In this document: positions 28,733 to 38,997 of the stretch, piece by piece
Layout: each line of letters opens with the position of its first letter
Position numbering within the stretch: the stretch's first letter is position 1
Source of the DNA: a virus
Virus record (IMG/VR): IMGVR_UViG_2791355228_000001
Coordinates: 4,034 to 68,033 of that record
Strand: one strand, 5' to 3'
DNA: 64,000 nt
Notes under the pieces: model-generated
What the model was told of the DNA's origin: nothing
Database searches by the model: none
Seen by the model: the letters and a program-made list of their open reading frames with translations, nothing else
Translations under genes and position numbers: made by a program

Positions 28733-29725
28733 ATGACACAGGTAACAACAGCGGTGACTACTGCAAACAGTGGAGCGGTAGCCGCAAAGAAAACAAAGGG
28801 TGTGGATCTGTTGAAACAGATGCTTAATGCGCCCTCTGTGATGGAACAGTTCAAGAATGCCTTGAAACAGAATGCTTCTACTTTCGTGGCTTCTGTGATT
28901 GACTTGTACAATAGTGATTCCAAGTTACAGCTATGCGAGCCAAAACAGGTGGTTATGGAAGCTCTGAAAGCGGCTGTTTTGCATCTGCCTATCAATAAGG
29001 CACTGGGATATGCTTTCATTATCCCTTTCAACAACAGCAAGAGAGTTGATGATCTGGATGAGAACGGAAAGCCTAAGATCGGCAGGGATGGTAAGGCTAT
29101 GCAGAAGTGGGTTAAAGTGTATGAGCCTACTTTCCAGATAGGCTACAAAGGGCTTATTCAGTTGGCTTTGAGATCCGGGCAGTACCGAACAATCAATGCT
29201 GATGTAGTCTATGATGGGGAATTGCGTAAGGTGAACAGGCTTACTGGAGAGATAGCCTTTGATGGCGAAAGAAAGTCTGACAAGGTGATCGGTTACTTCT
29301 GCTACTTTGAGTTGATCAACGGGTTTGCCAAGACATTGTACATGACAACAGAACAAATGGCTACCCATGCAAAAAGATACTCAAAGGCATTGAAGAATGA
29401 CGAAAAGGCTACAGTTGAGCATCTGTTAAGCCTTGCAAATCTTCCCGTATCTCCAGATAGCACTGCTGTAGGATGGATGGGTAACTTTCATGGGATGGCT
29501 ATCAAGACTGTTATACGCAATTTACTTAGTAAATACGGCTATTTGTCTATTGAAATGCAAAATGCTATTGCAAGCGACTATGAGGGCGAATATACAGATG
29601 TTCGTGATAATCTGATTCAGGACAATGCCAATAAACAGGTATTGGATATGACGGATGCAACCTATGAAGAGGTTGCGACCGAAAGCAATGCTAATCCAAA
29701 TGCGGCAAATGAGCCGGATTATTAA
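28733..29725 (+). CDS. recT: RecT-family single-strand annealing recombinase
   Basis: LPINKALGYAFIIPF, FQIGYKGLIQLALRSGQYRTINA, MAIKTVIR. Confidence 0.9.
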   Translation: MTQVTTAVTTANSGAVAAKKTKGVDLLKQMLNAPSVMEQFKNALKQNASTFVASVIDLYNSDSKLQLCEPKQVVMEALKAAVLHLPINKALGYAFIIPFNNSKRVDDLDENGKPKIGRDGKAMQKWVKVYEPTFQIGYKGLIQLALRSGQYRTINADVVYDGELRKVNRLTGEIAFDGERKSDKVIGYFCYFELINGFAKTLYMTTEQMATHAKRYSKALKNDEKATVEHLLSLANLPVSPDSTAVGWMGNFHGMAIKTVIRNLLSKYGYLSIEMQNAIASDYEGEYTDVRDNLIQDNANKQVLDMTDATYEEVATESNANPNAANEPDY

Positions 29726-29736
29726 CGGAGTGTGAT

Positions 29737-30465
29737 ATGGTTCTGAAAGTGTTAGGTTCAAGTAGTCAGGGTAACTGCTACATTCTTGAAAACAGGGATG
29801 AGGCACTTATCATTGAAGCCGGGGTAAGATTCATTGAAGTGAAAAAGGCTCTGAACTTCAATATACGCAAAGTGTCTGGCTGCTTGATCACGCACCAACA
29901 TAACGATCATGCAAAATACATTAAGGCAATGGTGGAAAGTGGATTTCCTACGCTGGCACTTGAAGAGGTGTGGGCTGCAAAGGGTGTCACTGGAAGCCGT
30001 GCCTATTGTATTGAGCGTGGAAAGGGTTACAAGTTTGGAAAATTCAGGGTGTTGCCATTTGATGCTTGCCACGATGTGCCTTGTGTCGGCTACCTGATAG
30101 ACCACCCGGAAACAGGGCGTATAATGTTCCTTACGGATAGTTGTATGTGTGAGTATGTTTTTCCGGGATTAAACCAAATTATGATTGAGTGCAACTACTC
30201 TGATGCAAAGCTGGTGGAAGCTATCAATGCCGGGCGTACACTTCCCTCACAGCGTGAACGCCTAATGACTTCGCACATGGAGCTAAATACGTGCAAAGGG
30301 TTCTTATGCGCCAATGACCTTACCAATGTTGCAAACATTATCCTGCTTCACTTATCCGACAACAATAGTGATGAAAAGCACTTTGTTTCGGAGATAGAAA
30401 GGCAGACAGGAAAGGTGGTTTATGCGGCACATACTGGACTTGAAATAGAACTTGATAGGATTTAG
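29737..30465 (+). CDS. Metallo-beta-lactamase-fold nuclease
   Basis: GSSSQGNCY, ITHQHNDH, HD, IECNY, LHLS. Confidence 0.88.
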   Translation: MVLKVLGSSSQGNCYILENRDEALIIEAGVRFIEVKKALNFNIRKVSGCLITHQHNDHAKYIKAMVESGFPTLALEEVWAAKGVTGSRAYCIERGKGYKFGKFRVLPFDACHDVPCVGYLIDHPETGRIMFLTDSCMCEYVFPGLNQIMIECNYSDAKLVEAINAGRTLPSQRERLMTSHMELNTCKGFLCANDLTNVANIILLHLSDNNSDEKHFVSEIERQTGKVVYAAHTGLEIELDRI

Positions 30466-30467
30466 GT

Positions 30468-30944
30468 ATGGCAAAACTTCTGGTAGAGAAAAGGAACGGT
30501 TTGTTTAACCTCAAACCTCTGTATGAATGGCTCAAACAGCAAATGGATGGGTTATATAGGTTGGAGGCTAAAAGGGTTAGAAAACCACGTTCAAACGACC
30601 AAAACGGCTGGTTGTGGGGATGTATCTACCCAATGCTGTTAGATGCTCTTCTGGATGCCGGATATGAGTTTGTGAGCGTGGAGCAAGTGCATGAGTTCTT
30701 TAAGGCTCAAATGACCGCTGATAAAGTGGTAAACACGCACACAGGCGAGATATTGACTTTTCCCGGATCTACCGCTACGATGGACACGCTTACATTCTCC
30801 ACATATTGCGAAAAGCTACGGGAATACGGAAGAGAGTTTTTGAATGTGGAAATACCCGATCCTGATAAATACTGGAAGTGCAATGAAAAGAATACCCAAC
30901 AATGTAGTTTCGGAACTGATCCGACTTCTACCAGTGCTGATTGA
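30468..30944 (+). CDS. NinB/DUF1367-like recombination accessory protein
   Basis: RSNDQN..LWG, VHEFFK, STATM...FSTYCE, IPDP. Confidence 0.6.
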   Translation: MAKLLVEKRNGLFNLKPLYEWLKQQMDGLYRLEAKRVRKPRSNDQNGWLWGCIYPMLLDALLDAGYEFVSVEQVHEFFKAQMTADKVVNTHTGEILTFPGSTATMDTLTFSTYCEKLREYGREFLNVEIPDPDKYWKCNEKNTQQCSFGTDPTSTSAD

Positions 30945-31030
30945 CAACATTCCACCCGGACGAAGTACCAGAGTGGATAATGCGATAAGATTAACAAAGA
31001 AACTGATTGTAAAACTAAAAACATTGAAAG

Positions 31031-31675
31031 ATGAAAATTCAAATTGAAAAGGAAAAATTGCAAGCCGCCTACAAAAATGCTTGCGGTTGTGTCAAAGATG
31101 CTTTTGAAAAGCTGTTTGGCGAAGATGTGTTGGAAACTGCAAAGCCTACACTTGACGATTACAAGACGATCAAGAGTTACGAAGATGCCTGTGATGTGTT
31201 GGGGCTATCCCCAATACTTTCTGAAAACAGGAACAAGGCACTTTGCGCACAATTTCCAGATCACTACGATTTTCGGCAGAATATGCCTAAACACATAATC
31301 GCCTTAATGAAGCTGGAAATTATTAGCCGGGCTTTGTGGGGTAAGAGTTTCGAGCCAGAGCCAGATGCGGAGGGAAACAAGATTTACTGGTATCCGTGGT
31401 TCGCATTATACACAAAAGATGAAGTTGATCGTATGAGTGATGAGGAACGCAAATCTTTGTGTGGTGCTCTGTTCGGTGGTAATGCTTATAATGGGGCGTA
31501 TGCGGGCTTCGGTTATCTGCGTGCGAATTATCGTTCCTCGTTCTCGTATGCGCACATTGTTTTCCGCTTGTGCCAAGAAACGGAGGAAAAGGCGGCATAT
31601 TTCGGTAGGCAATTCATTGAGTTGTGGGCTGAATATCTGGCTTATGGATTCAAGGTGACAGAACACTTAAAATAA
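31031..31675 (+). CDS. Phage protein with a C-type-lectin/DGR-target-like C-terminal segment
   Basis: IKSYEDAC family N-terminal region; GGNAYNGAYAGFGYLRANYRSSFSYAHIVFRLC. Confidence 0.65.
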   Translation: MKIQIEKEKLQAAYKNACGCVKDAFEKLFGEDVLETAKPTLDDYKTIKSYEDACDVLGLSPILSENRNKALCAQFPDHYDFRQNMPKHIIALMKLEIISRALWGKSFEPEPDAEGNKIYWYPWFALYTKDEVDRMSDEERKSLCGALFGGNAYNGAYAGFGYLRANYRSSFSYAHIVFRLCQETEEKAAYFGRQFIELWAEYLAYGFKVTEHLK

Positions 31676-32046
31676 TGGCTATGACAACGGTATTTTATAT
31701 TCTGGTGGCATTCTGCCTTATGTTTGAGGTGATGAATCTTTTGAAAGTGAAAAAGACAGCGGAAGCCGTGAAGCGTTACAAGGGAAAGAAATTGGAAGAA
31801 TGTAGCTCTACTTTCATAGCGTGGGCTGTTTTCAACTGCATTTATCTTCTCATTTGCTTTGTTGGCTTGATGAGTACGCAATGGATAGGCTTTCTGGCTC
31901 TGATAATCCTTTCGTTTATCCCGAAGAGGTGGTTTACATGGAGGGTTATAGATTGCATTCTTGGGATTCTGATACTGGCTTTTGTGATATTGAACAAATA
32001 CCAGTTCCAGATAGACTTAAATTCATTAATCATTAAAAGTTTGTAG
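31675..32046 (+). CDS. Membrane protein
   Basis: 123 aa with several hydrophobic segments. Confidence 0.65.
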   Translation: MAMTTVFYILVAFCLMFEVMNLLKVKKTAEAVKRYKGKKLEECSSTFIAWAVFNCIYLLICFVGLMSTQWIGFLALIILSFIPKRWFTWRVIDCILGILILAFVILNKYQFQIDLNSLIIKSL

Positions 32047-32047
32047 T

Positions 32048-32500
32048 ATGAAAGATGTGATGTTAGCCGACACTCCGATTGAGGAAAGAGCGCAAATCTT
32101 ACGGGATAGTTGCGATAAGATTGTAGAACAGTGCTATACCCGGAAATTCGACACGAAAGAAACTAATGAGAAACGGGCGGAGCTTGCCAATGTTTCTATT
32201 CAGATTGCGGATCTTGAAGAGAAATTAGCAGAAATACGTGCTGATTACAAAGGGCGTATCAAGCCTCTTGTTGAGCGCATGGGCAAAATCCGTGGAGAAT
32301 TGAAAGCTGGTGGAGAATGGGTATCTGGAGAATGTTACCAGTTCTTAGATGCTGATGAGGGAAAGGCAGCTTTGTATGATCCTAAAGGGTACAAGATTGA
32401 AGAGCGTGATATGCGCCCGGAAGAGAGATCACGTACCATATTTCAGGGAATCCGGGAAAACATGAAAGTACAGATGTCTAAGACTGGTACAGATAACTAA
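32048..32500 (+). CDS. Hypothetical coiled-coil phage protein
   Basis: 150 aa ORF in the early operon. Confidence 0.65.
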   Translation: MKDVMLADTPIEERAQILRDSCDKIVEQCYTRKFDTKETNEKRAELANVSIQIADLEEKLAEIRADYKGRIKPLVERMGKIRGELKAGGEWVSGECYQFLDADEGKAALYDPKGYKIEERDMRPEERSRTIFQGIRENMKVQMSKTGTDN

Positions 32501-32525
32501 TTTTTAATAATTCAAATTTATCAAG

Positions 32526-33290
32526 ATGGAAAAGATTGAAAAAGAAAACGGTTTGACCGTGAACATTGCGAACTACACAGGCGAAAATCCTATTGAGATT
32601 GTGTACCGTGAGGGTGCTGCACCGAAATCACCCAATCCGCTTGAAACGAAAGAGCCGGAGAAGATAGGTGTTACTGGTGTTATATCCACTCCGTTTGACT
32701 GGCTGGAGAAGCGTATTGGCACGATAGACCAGAAACGGGCTAATGTGAAAGTGGATCGTGAGAAAATGACGATCACCCTTACCGTGAATGAGGATGATTA
32801 CTACACGAAAAACACTTTCGTTGGAAAGGTTGAGTTTTCAGAAGCCTTTGAAAAGTTCGGTATCAATGATGCCAGTTCTGGCTGGATTCCGGCAAAGTTG
32901 GGGCAGTTCTTACGCATTAACCGTGTGCTGTTTGCCGACAAAGAGGATTGCATGAAACTCGTTTCTGCACTCAAAAACTTCACAGCAAAGGCAAAGGCAG
33001 AGATCCAGAAGCAGCGTGATCCGTCCGGCTCTATGGCGGATGTGTACCGTCAAGAGGTGGAAAGCAACTTGCCGAAGAGTTTCACTATCAATGTGGCTAT
33101 CTTCAAAGGAACTGCAAAAACACCTATTGAGGTGGAATTTGATCACTACCTTAAAGATGGCGAAGTGCTGTTACAGCTTGTTTCTCCGGGCGCAAATGAA
33201 CTGACGGAATCTTACCGTGACAGTTGCATTGACGATGTTCTTACCAAGATCAAAGACATTGCGCCAGGTATTGCAATCATGGAAATCTAA
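32526..33290 (+). CDS. Hypothetical phage protein
   Basis: 254 aa ORF in the early operon. Confidence 0.7.
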   Translation: MEKIEKENGLTVNIANYTGENPIEIVYREGAAPKSPNPLETKEPEKIGVTGVISTPFDWLEKRIGTIDQKRANVKVDREKMTITLTVNEDDYYTKNTFVGKVEFSEAFEKFGINDASSGWIPAKLGQFLRINRVLFADKEDCMKLVSALKNFTAKAKAEIQKQRDPSGSMADVYRQEVESNLPKSFTINVAIFKGTAKTPIEVEFDHYLKDGEVLLQLVSPGANELTESYRDSCIDDVLTKIKDIAPGIAIMEI

Positions 33291-33339
33291 ATGTGTTTCG
33301 GGTGGGGGATTTATCCCCTACCCTTAAAGAAGCTCCACG

Positions 33340-34134
33340 ATGGCAAGAAAGAAGAAAAATCCAATGCCTTTCGATACTGAATACTGGTTGAGTGATCCAG
33401 TATTGAAAGCACTGCCACTTGATGTTAAGGGGCTGTGGATTGATATGCTTTGCTATATGTGGGAAAGTGCGGATCGTGGCGTGATGGTAAAGCCTACAGG
33501 CGAAATCTATACGCATGAGGAAATACTAAGGCTGTTAGGGAAAGAAAGCTCCGTAGGTGAAAGCTGGCTTGATATGCTTATAGAAAACGGTTTGTGCGGA
33601 GTTCGTGATGATGGTGCTGTATTTAGTAGGCGTATGGTTCGTGATGAGGCTATAAGGGAAAAGAGGCGTGAAGCTGGCAAGAAAGGTGGTGATATAACAA
33701 AGGCTAAGGTTTTTGATGTTTCACCAGTACAACAGCCACCAATGCAGAAGCCGGAAGAGCAACCCAAGCAGGGAACTGTAGGGGAACAACAGCCGGATTT
33801 ATTCCCGGAAGAAAGCCCACCGCCATTAACCCCGGAACAGCAGGCAAAAGCGGAGAAAGCGAAGAAGTACAAGTATGCCGAATTTGTCACTCTTACAAGG
33901 GATGAGTACGCTGCACTATGCGGGCGGTATTCAGAGGAATCGGCAAAGAGGATGATAGAAATACTTGACAACTACAAAGGCTCAAAAGGAAAGAAATACA
34001 AGTCTGACTATAGAGCCATATTGAATTGGGTAGTAGATAGATATAACGAAGAAATACAACGATATGGAAAAGCAATTAGCGGAAAGACTTCAAGCGATAC
34101 TGGCAAGACAGGCAGCTACAGGGACACGCTTTAA
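33340..34134 (+). CDS. Phage replication initiator-like protein
   Basis: N-terminal WLSDP...GLWIDMLCYMW...FSRRMVRD...REAGKKGG; C-terminal KYKSDYRAILNW; followed by a loader ATPase. Confidence 0.7.
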   Translation: MARKKKNPMPFDTEYWLSDPVLKALPLDVKGLWIDMLCYMWESADRGVMVKPTGEIYTHEEILRLLGKESSVGESWLDMLIENGLCGVRDDGAVFSRRMVRDEAIREKRREAGKKGGDITKAKVFDVSPVQQPPMQKPEEQPKQGTVGEQQPDLFPEESPPPLTPEQQAKAEKAKKYKYAEFVTLTRDEYAALCGRYSEESAKRMIEILDNYKGSKGKKYKSDYRAILNWVVDRYNEEIQRYGKAISGKTSSDTGKTGSYRDTL

Positions 34135-34717
34135 GATCACCAATTTTCCGCAAGAAACGATAGAAGAAATGCTGCGTATGTGTTATCAGTCGGAAGTGGA
34201 GCGTAGAAGAAACAAGTACATTCCCGATGATAGTACACTGGAAAAGATAGGTAAGGCTGCAAAATGGCTCTGTGGCGATTACAAAGTAGGGCTGTTGCTT
34301 TATGGAAGCGTAGGTTCTGGAAAGACTACTTTAGCAAAGGCGATATGCAATCTTATAGGCATTCTTTACGGCGGAAGTTCAATATCATCTGAAAGAACGG
34401 AAATATACCGTGTTTCAGCGTTGAATCTGGCTAAGTATGTATTAGACGATCCAAGTTACTTTTCAAGGTTGAAAAACAAAGAACTTCTGTTTATAGACGA
34501 TGTGGGTACAGAGCCGGAAAGTGTGAAGAGTTGGGGAAATGAATTTTCGCCAGTAACAGAGTTGATATATGCGAGATATGATAGACAGTTGTTCACTATT
34601 GCCACTTCAAACTTAGCGGATGAAGAGTTTGGAGAGCGGTACGGATTGCGTATTGCTGACAGGATGGAAGAAATGTTTGAAAGACTGCATTACAAACAGA
34701 ATAGTTACAGAAGATGA
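34064..34717 (+). CDS. DnaC/IstB-like ATPase (helicase loader)
   Basis: GSVGSGKT, LFIDDVGTE, TSNL, RIADRMEEM. Confidence 0.85.
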   Translation: MEKQLAERLQAILARQAATGTRFKITNFPQETIEEMLRMCYQSEVERRRNKYIPDDSTLEKIGKAAKWLCGDYKVGLLLYGSVGSGKTTLAKAICNLIGILYGGSSISSERTEIYRVSALNLAKYVLDDPSYFSRLKNKELLFIDDVGTEPESVKSWGNEFSPVTELIYARYDRQLFTIATSNLADEEFGERYGLRIADRMEEMFERLHYKQNSYRR

Positions 34718-35262
34718 ATATGATTGAGTGGAACAAACTAAGGGAGAAAGCCCATGCCAATTCCGTAAGACACGGATTTTGGGAAAACAGCCCAAGTGAC
34801 CAACATTTCCTTTGTCTGGTTATAAGTGAGCTTATGGAAGCCGTAGAAGCGGATCGAAAAGGTGATTACGCAGGCAAGGATATGAAGAAACTTTTTGAAG
34901 ATGATTTAGCGTCTGGTGAAGATTTCAAAGGATTGTTTGAATCGCATTTGAAAGATACCGTAGAGGATGAGTTGGCAGATGCCGCCATACGGCTTCTGGA
35001 TCTTGCCGGAGCGCACAATCTGAATTTGAATACATTCTGCATACAGCACGTTGTTACTCCACGCAAGACTTTTACGGAAAACATCTTTGCCATAGTTAAG
35101 GATCTGGTGAACTACAGGTATTCGCAAGAAGAGCAAATTAATTATGCGTTGCACCAGATAAGAAGATTGTCGGAGATCTTGAAAATAAATCTCAAATGGC
35201 ACATAGAACAAAAGATGCTGTACAACGAAAGTAGAGAAGTCAAACACGGGAAAAAGTATTGA
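34714..35262 (+). CDS. MazG-like nucleotide pyrophosphohydrolase
   Basis: LVISELMEAVEADRK...EDELADAAIRLLD...KMLYN..R...HGKKY. Confidence 0.75.
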   Translation: MNMIEWNKLREKAHANSVRHGFWENSPSDQHFLCLVISELMEAVEADRKGDYAGKDMKKLFEDDLASGEDFKGLFESHLKDTVEDELADAAIRLLDLAGAHNLNLNTFCIQHVVTPRKTFTENIFAIVKDLVNYRYSQEEQINYALHQIRRLSEILKINLKWHIEQKMLYNESREVKHGKKY

Positions 35263-35264
35263 GT

Positions 35265-35749
35265 ATGAATACAAGTTTTGAAAGATGCGCCAATACAACG
35301 GATGAATGGTACACCCCGAAATGGATTATTGATTCACTCGGTGAATTTGACCTCGATCCGTGTTCCCCGGCAAACCGATTGTGGAATACCGCCAAAAGGC
35401 ATATAACGCCACAAGAGGACGGATTAAAAACCTCGTGGGGGGGGTAAGAGTATGGCTAAATCCTCCTTATTCAAGACCTCTTATTGAGCGTTTTGTGGAG
35501 AAGATGGTGGCTAACAATAACGGCATAGCATTGCTTTTCAACAGGTGTGATAGCAAGATGTTCCAAGATCTAATTTTCCCCAATGCAAGTGCGATTCTGT
35601 TTGTGAGGGGTAGGATCAAGTTTTACAGACCAGATGGAACACAGGGCGATAGTCCGGGATGTGGAAGCGTTCTTATTGCATTTGGAGAAAGCAATGCCGA
35701 AGCTCTGGAGAAGTCAAATATACCGGGTAAATACATAAAACTGAAATGA
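35265..35749 (+). pseudogene. Phage DNA N6-adenine methyltransferase (Dam-like), frameshifted in a G8 tract
   Basis: DEWYTP..FDLDPC in the first frame; VWLNPPY..RGRIKF in the -1 frame; junction at G8 (35437-35444). Confidence 0.88.
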
Positions 35750-35910
35750 TGGACGAATTTGTAAAAACTGTACAGGAAATGAGAAATGCCCAAAAGGAGT
35801 ATTTCAAGACAAGAGATAAAGCGATCCTTGCAAAGTCAAAGGAACTGGAGCGTAAGGTGGATAATATGTTATCCAACTTAGCACCCAATATGCCTAATTT
35901 GTTTCAATAA
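35746..35910 (+). CDS. Small hypothetical protein
   Basis: Manual translation MMDEFVKTVQEMRNAQKEYFKTR..., 54 aa, ATGA overlap. Confidence 0.6.
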   Translation: MMDEFVKTVQEMRNAQKEYFKTRDKAILAKSKELERKVDNMLSNLAPNMPNLFQ

Positions 35911-35935
35911 GTGTGTTCAATAAACATATTTAGCA

Positions 35936-36385
35936 ATGGAAAAGAAGAAAGTTATAGTTACCCTCTGCAAAAAGTTCCCGGCTACACACCCGAAAGCCGG
36001 AGTGCCTACAGGATTTGAAAGCAAGTTGAAAAATGGCACGAAGATCCACACTATACGGCACAATGCAAAAGGTGTATGGGATGAGCGTTACAAGGGCATT
36101 TCCTCTGGCAGAAAGTACCTATCTGTTAGGGAATGGACTGGCAGACCGTATAACTCCGAACAAAGGGAGTTTGCAAGGTATGAGGAAATAGGACTGCAAC
36201 GCATAACAATGACTTATGACAGCAGCGATGCCGTGCCTCAAATCTGGATTGATGATAAGAGAGTGCCTATTGAAGTGGTAGCCAAGAATGACGGTTTGAG
36301 CGTTGAGGACTTCATTTCATGGTTCTTCACTAAGGATAATGTGTTTGAGGGTGTAGTTATTCATTTTACGGATTTTAGATACTAA
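35936..36385 (+). CDS. ASCH/PUA-like protein
   Basis: GTKIHTIR, REWTGRPY, AKNDGL...F..WF. Confidence 0.55.
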   Translation: MEKKKVIVTLCKKFPATHPKAGVPTGFESKLKNGTKIHTIRHNAKGVWDERYKGISSGRKYLSVREWTGRPYNSEQREFARYEEIGLQRITMTYDSSDAVPQIWIDDKRVPIEVVAKNDGLSVEDFISWFFTKDNVFEGVVIHFTDFRY

Positions 36386-36389
36386 CAAT

Positions 36390-36656
36390 ATGAAGAAGAT
36401 TTATAAATACAGGATTGAAGTAACGGATGATCAGAATATCGAAATGCCAGTTGGCGCAAAAATTCTGACGGTTCAAACTCAAAATGGTGTTCCTTGCATT
36501 TGGGCAATGGTTGATCCTAATGCTGAAAAAGAAAGAGTACATATCAGAGTACATGGTACAGGGCATACAATTCAAGACAGCGACAGGCTGGAATACATAG
36601 GTACTTTTCAAATGTACGGTGGTTCGCTTGTGTTTCATACTTTCAAGGTGTGCTGA
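36390..36656 (+). CDS. Hypothetical phage protein
   Basis: 88 aa, KIYKY...GTGH...YIGTFQ..LVFH. Confidence 0.65.
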   Translation: MKKIYKYRIEVTDDQNIEMPVGAKILTVQTQNGVPCIWAMVDPNAEKERVHIRVHGTGHTIQDSDRLEYIGTFQMYGGSLVFHTFKVC

Positions 36657-37285
36657 TATGGATAAGGAGCGGAAGATTGAGCGGATTAAGGAGCGTGGTT
36701 TTAAGGTTGTCACATTGGGCAAACATATCCGTGCTTCAAAGGGGAATGAGGTTTATTCCGGCTCTGTAAGTTATGTTTTTAGAATGATATTCGGTTATTG
36801 ATATGGATAAGACTTGTGAAAATTGCTCCTATATGAAGCTATTGGAGATTAGAAAAGGCTATAAGGCTTATTGTTGTACGGCTCATTCCTATGTTAAGGG
36901 AGGAACACGCTATGAAGATCCGAAAGGTGTAATGCCACACTTCAAATGTAACTGTGGGAAATTCCGTAGCAGATATGAATAGAAATGAAGAGTTGAAAGA
37001 AAGTCTGGGCGAAGAGCTATGCGCATATTGCCCGTGGCGTAGAGGTGAAATAGACCATACCCCGGAAATAACGTGTGATGGTATGTTTTGCGATGATGCG
37101 CTGGAAGAGTTTCTGGAAGATAACAAAGAATACTTTGATAGCGATGAGTGACGATAGGCATTGTAGCGAATGTAAGCACTTCTGGAGTAATCCGAAAGTA
37201 GGTCAGATGTATTGCTGCAAGCTGGCTAAGAGAATAACAGCAAGAAAGAAACCATGTAAGTTTTACCAACAAAACAATAAGTAGA

Positions 37286-38092
37286 ATGAAAAATAATGCA
37301 ACAAAGAAAACGGATGTGTTCCTGATTGATCCACGAAACATAGTAGTGGAAGATGGCTTCAATGTCCGTAGAGATTTTGATCTGGATGAATTGAAAGAGC
37401 AAATCAAGGCGAAAGGGGTGCTGAATCCCTTAACCGTGATCGCTTTCAAGGATGAAAACGGTGATGAGAAATACAGGCTGGTAGATGGTGAACGCAGATT
37501 CCGTGCCACTATGATAGCCATTTCAGAGGGTGCGGATATTCCCTTTGTGAAAGCGTTGAAGCGACCGCCAACAATGAGCCGTGAGGATATGTACATAGAG
37601 CAGATGATGAGGAATGAGGGAAAGCGTTTTACTGAATATGAATGCGCTTTGATGTTCCAGCGGTTCAAAGAAGAGTTCGGATATACACAGGTGGAGATAG
37701 CGGACAAATTCAAGAAGTCCCCGGCATATATCAGCAAGTGCCTTTCTCTTCTGGATCTTCCAAAGGAGTTGCAAGAGCGGATTATGAGAAATGAGCTATC
37801 CATAACAGCGGCAAGGGAGATTGCTTCAAGCTATGAAACGGAATCGGATCAAGTGAAAGCGGCTCAAAATGCTGTTAAGGCGGCAAAGGAACAAGGAAGA
37901 GAGACTGCAACCAACAGAGAGGTAACAGCCCACCTGAAAGAATCAAATGAGGCTAAGGCGGTAGCCAATGCCTTGCGTAGTATCTGGGCATATCTGGACG
38001 GTGAAAAGATGGTAGATGTGGATCGGCTGATTACGCTTCTGGATAAGGAACAAAGCCTATACCAAGCAATGAAACAATATAAAAAGATGTAA
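37286..38092 (+). CDS. ParB/RepB/Spo0J-family protein with HTH
   Basis: FNVR, LVDGERRFRA, GYTQVEIADKFKKSPAYIS. Confidence 0.85.
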   Translation: MKNNATKKTDVFLIDPRNIVVEDGFNVRRDFDLDELKEQIKAKGVLNPLTVIAFKDENGDEKYRLVDGERRFRATMIAISEGADIPFVKALKRPPTMSREDMYIEQMMRNEGKRFTEYECALMFQRFKEEFGYTQVEIADKFKKSPAYISKCLSLLDLPKELQERIMRNELSITAAREIASSYETESDQVKAAQNAVKAAKEQGRETATNREVTAHLKESNEAKAVANALRSIWAYLDGEKMVDVDRLITLLDKEQSLYQAMKQYKKM

Positions 38093-38094
38093 GT

Positions 38095-38667
38095 ATGAAA
38101 GTATTATTTTTTGATTTGGAAACTACTGGCACTCTGGTAAATCGGCACGGCATTCACCAGATAAGCGGTATGGTAGTAATTGACGGTGAAGTCCGTGAAA
38201 GTTTCAATTTCCATGTACAACCCAATCCGAAAGCCGATATTACACAAGAGGCTCTGGATGTGGCAGGAGTTACAAAGGAGCAAATAATGGCTTACCCACC
38301 TATGGGCGAAGTGTACAGGCAGTTTGTGGATATGCTGGCTAAGTATGTGGATAAGTACAACAGGCAGGATAAGTTCTTTCTTGCCGGGTACAACAATGCC
38401 TCATTTGATAACCAGTTTCTCCGTGCATGGTTCGTGCAGAATGAAGATAAGTATTTCGGATCGTGGTTCTGGAGCAATTCTATAGATGTGATGGTGCTTG
38501 CCACTCCGTATCTTGCCGCCAGACGTGCGGAAATGGAGAATTTCAAGCAGGGGACGGTTGCAAAGTTTCTGGGCATTGATGTAGATTCCAACCGCTTGCA
38601 TGATGCGCTCTATGATATAGAGATATGCAAGGCGATATTCGATATTGTTTCACCTTACAAAGTCTGA
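38095..38667 (+). CDS. DEDDh 3'-5' exonuclease (DnaQ-like)
   Basis: FDLETTG, YNNASFD, HDALYD. Confidence 0.9.
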   Translation: MKVLFFDLETTGTLVNRHGIHQISGMVVIDGEVRESFNFHVQPNPKADITQEALDVAGVTKEQIMAYPPMGEVYRQFVDMLAKYVDKYNRQDKFFLAGYNNASFDNQFLRAWFVQNEDKYFGSWFWSNSIDVMVLATPYLAARRAEMENFKQGTVAKFLGIDVDSNRLHDALYDIEICKAIFDIVSPYKV

Positions 38668-38669
38668 TT

Positions 38670-38996
38670 ATGGCAAAGAAGAAAGAAAAAACATTTGATC
38701 CGATGCCGGATGATCTTCTGGCACTACAGGATGAGTATATTTCCGTTGATGCTGAAATAACCCGGCTGGAAGAGCGTAAGAAGCAGTTACAGGATCGTAT
38801 GCTGGAGCTTATGCAAACACACGACCTGAAGAAAGCGGAGAATGAGAGAATACGAATATCCTACATTGCACCGTCCAAGCGTAAGAATTTCGACAAAACC
38901 AGATTCCAAGAGGAACACAAGGATATGTATGCTCAATATCTGGTTGATGTGGAAACGAAAGCATCTATAAGAGTATCAATTAAAACCCAAGAATGA
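38670..38996 (+). CDS. Hypothetical coiled-coil phage protein
   Basis: 108 aa from MAKKKEK. Confidence 0.6.
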   Translation: MAKKKEKTFDPMPDDLLALQDEYISVDAEITRLEERKKQLQDRMLELMQTHDLKKAENERIRISYIAPSKRKNFDKTRFQEEHKDMYAQYLVDVETKASIRVSIKTQE

Positions 38997-38997
38997 T

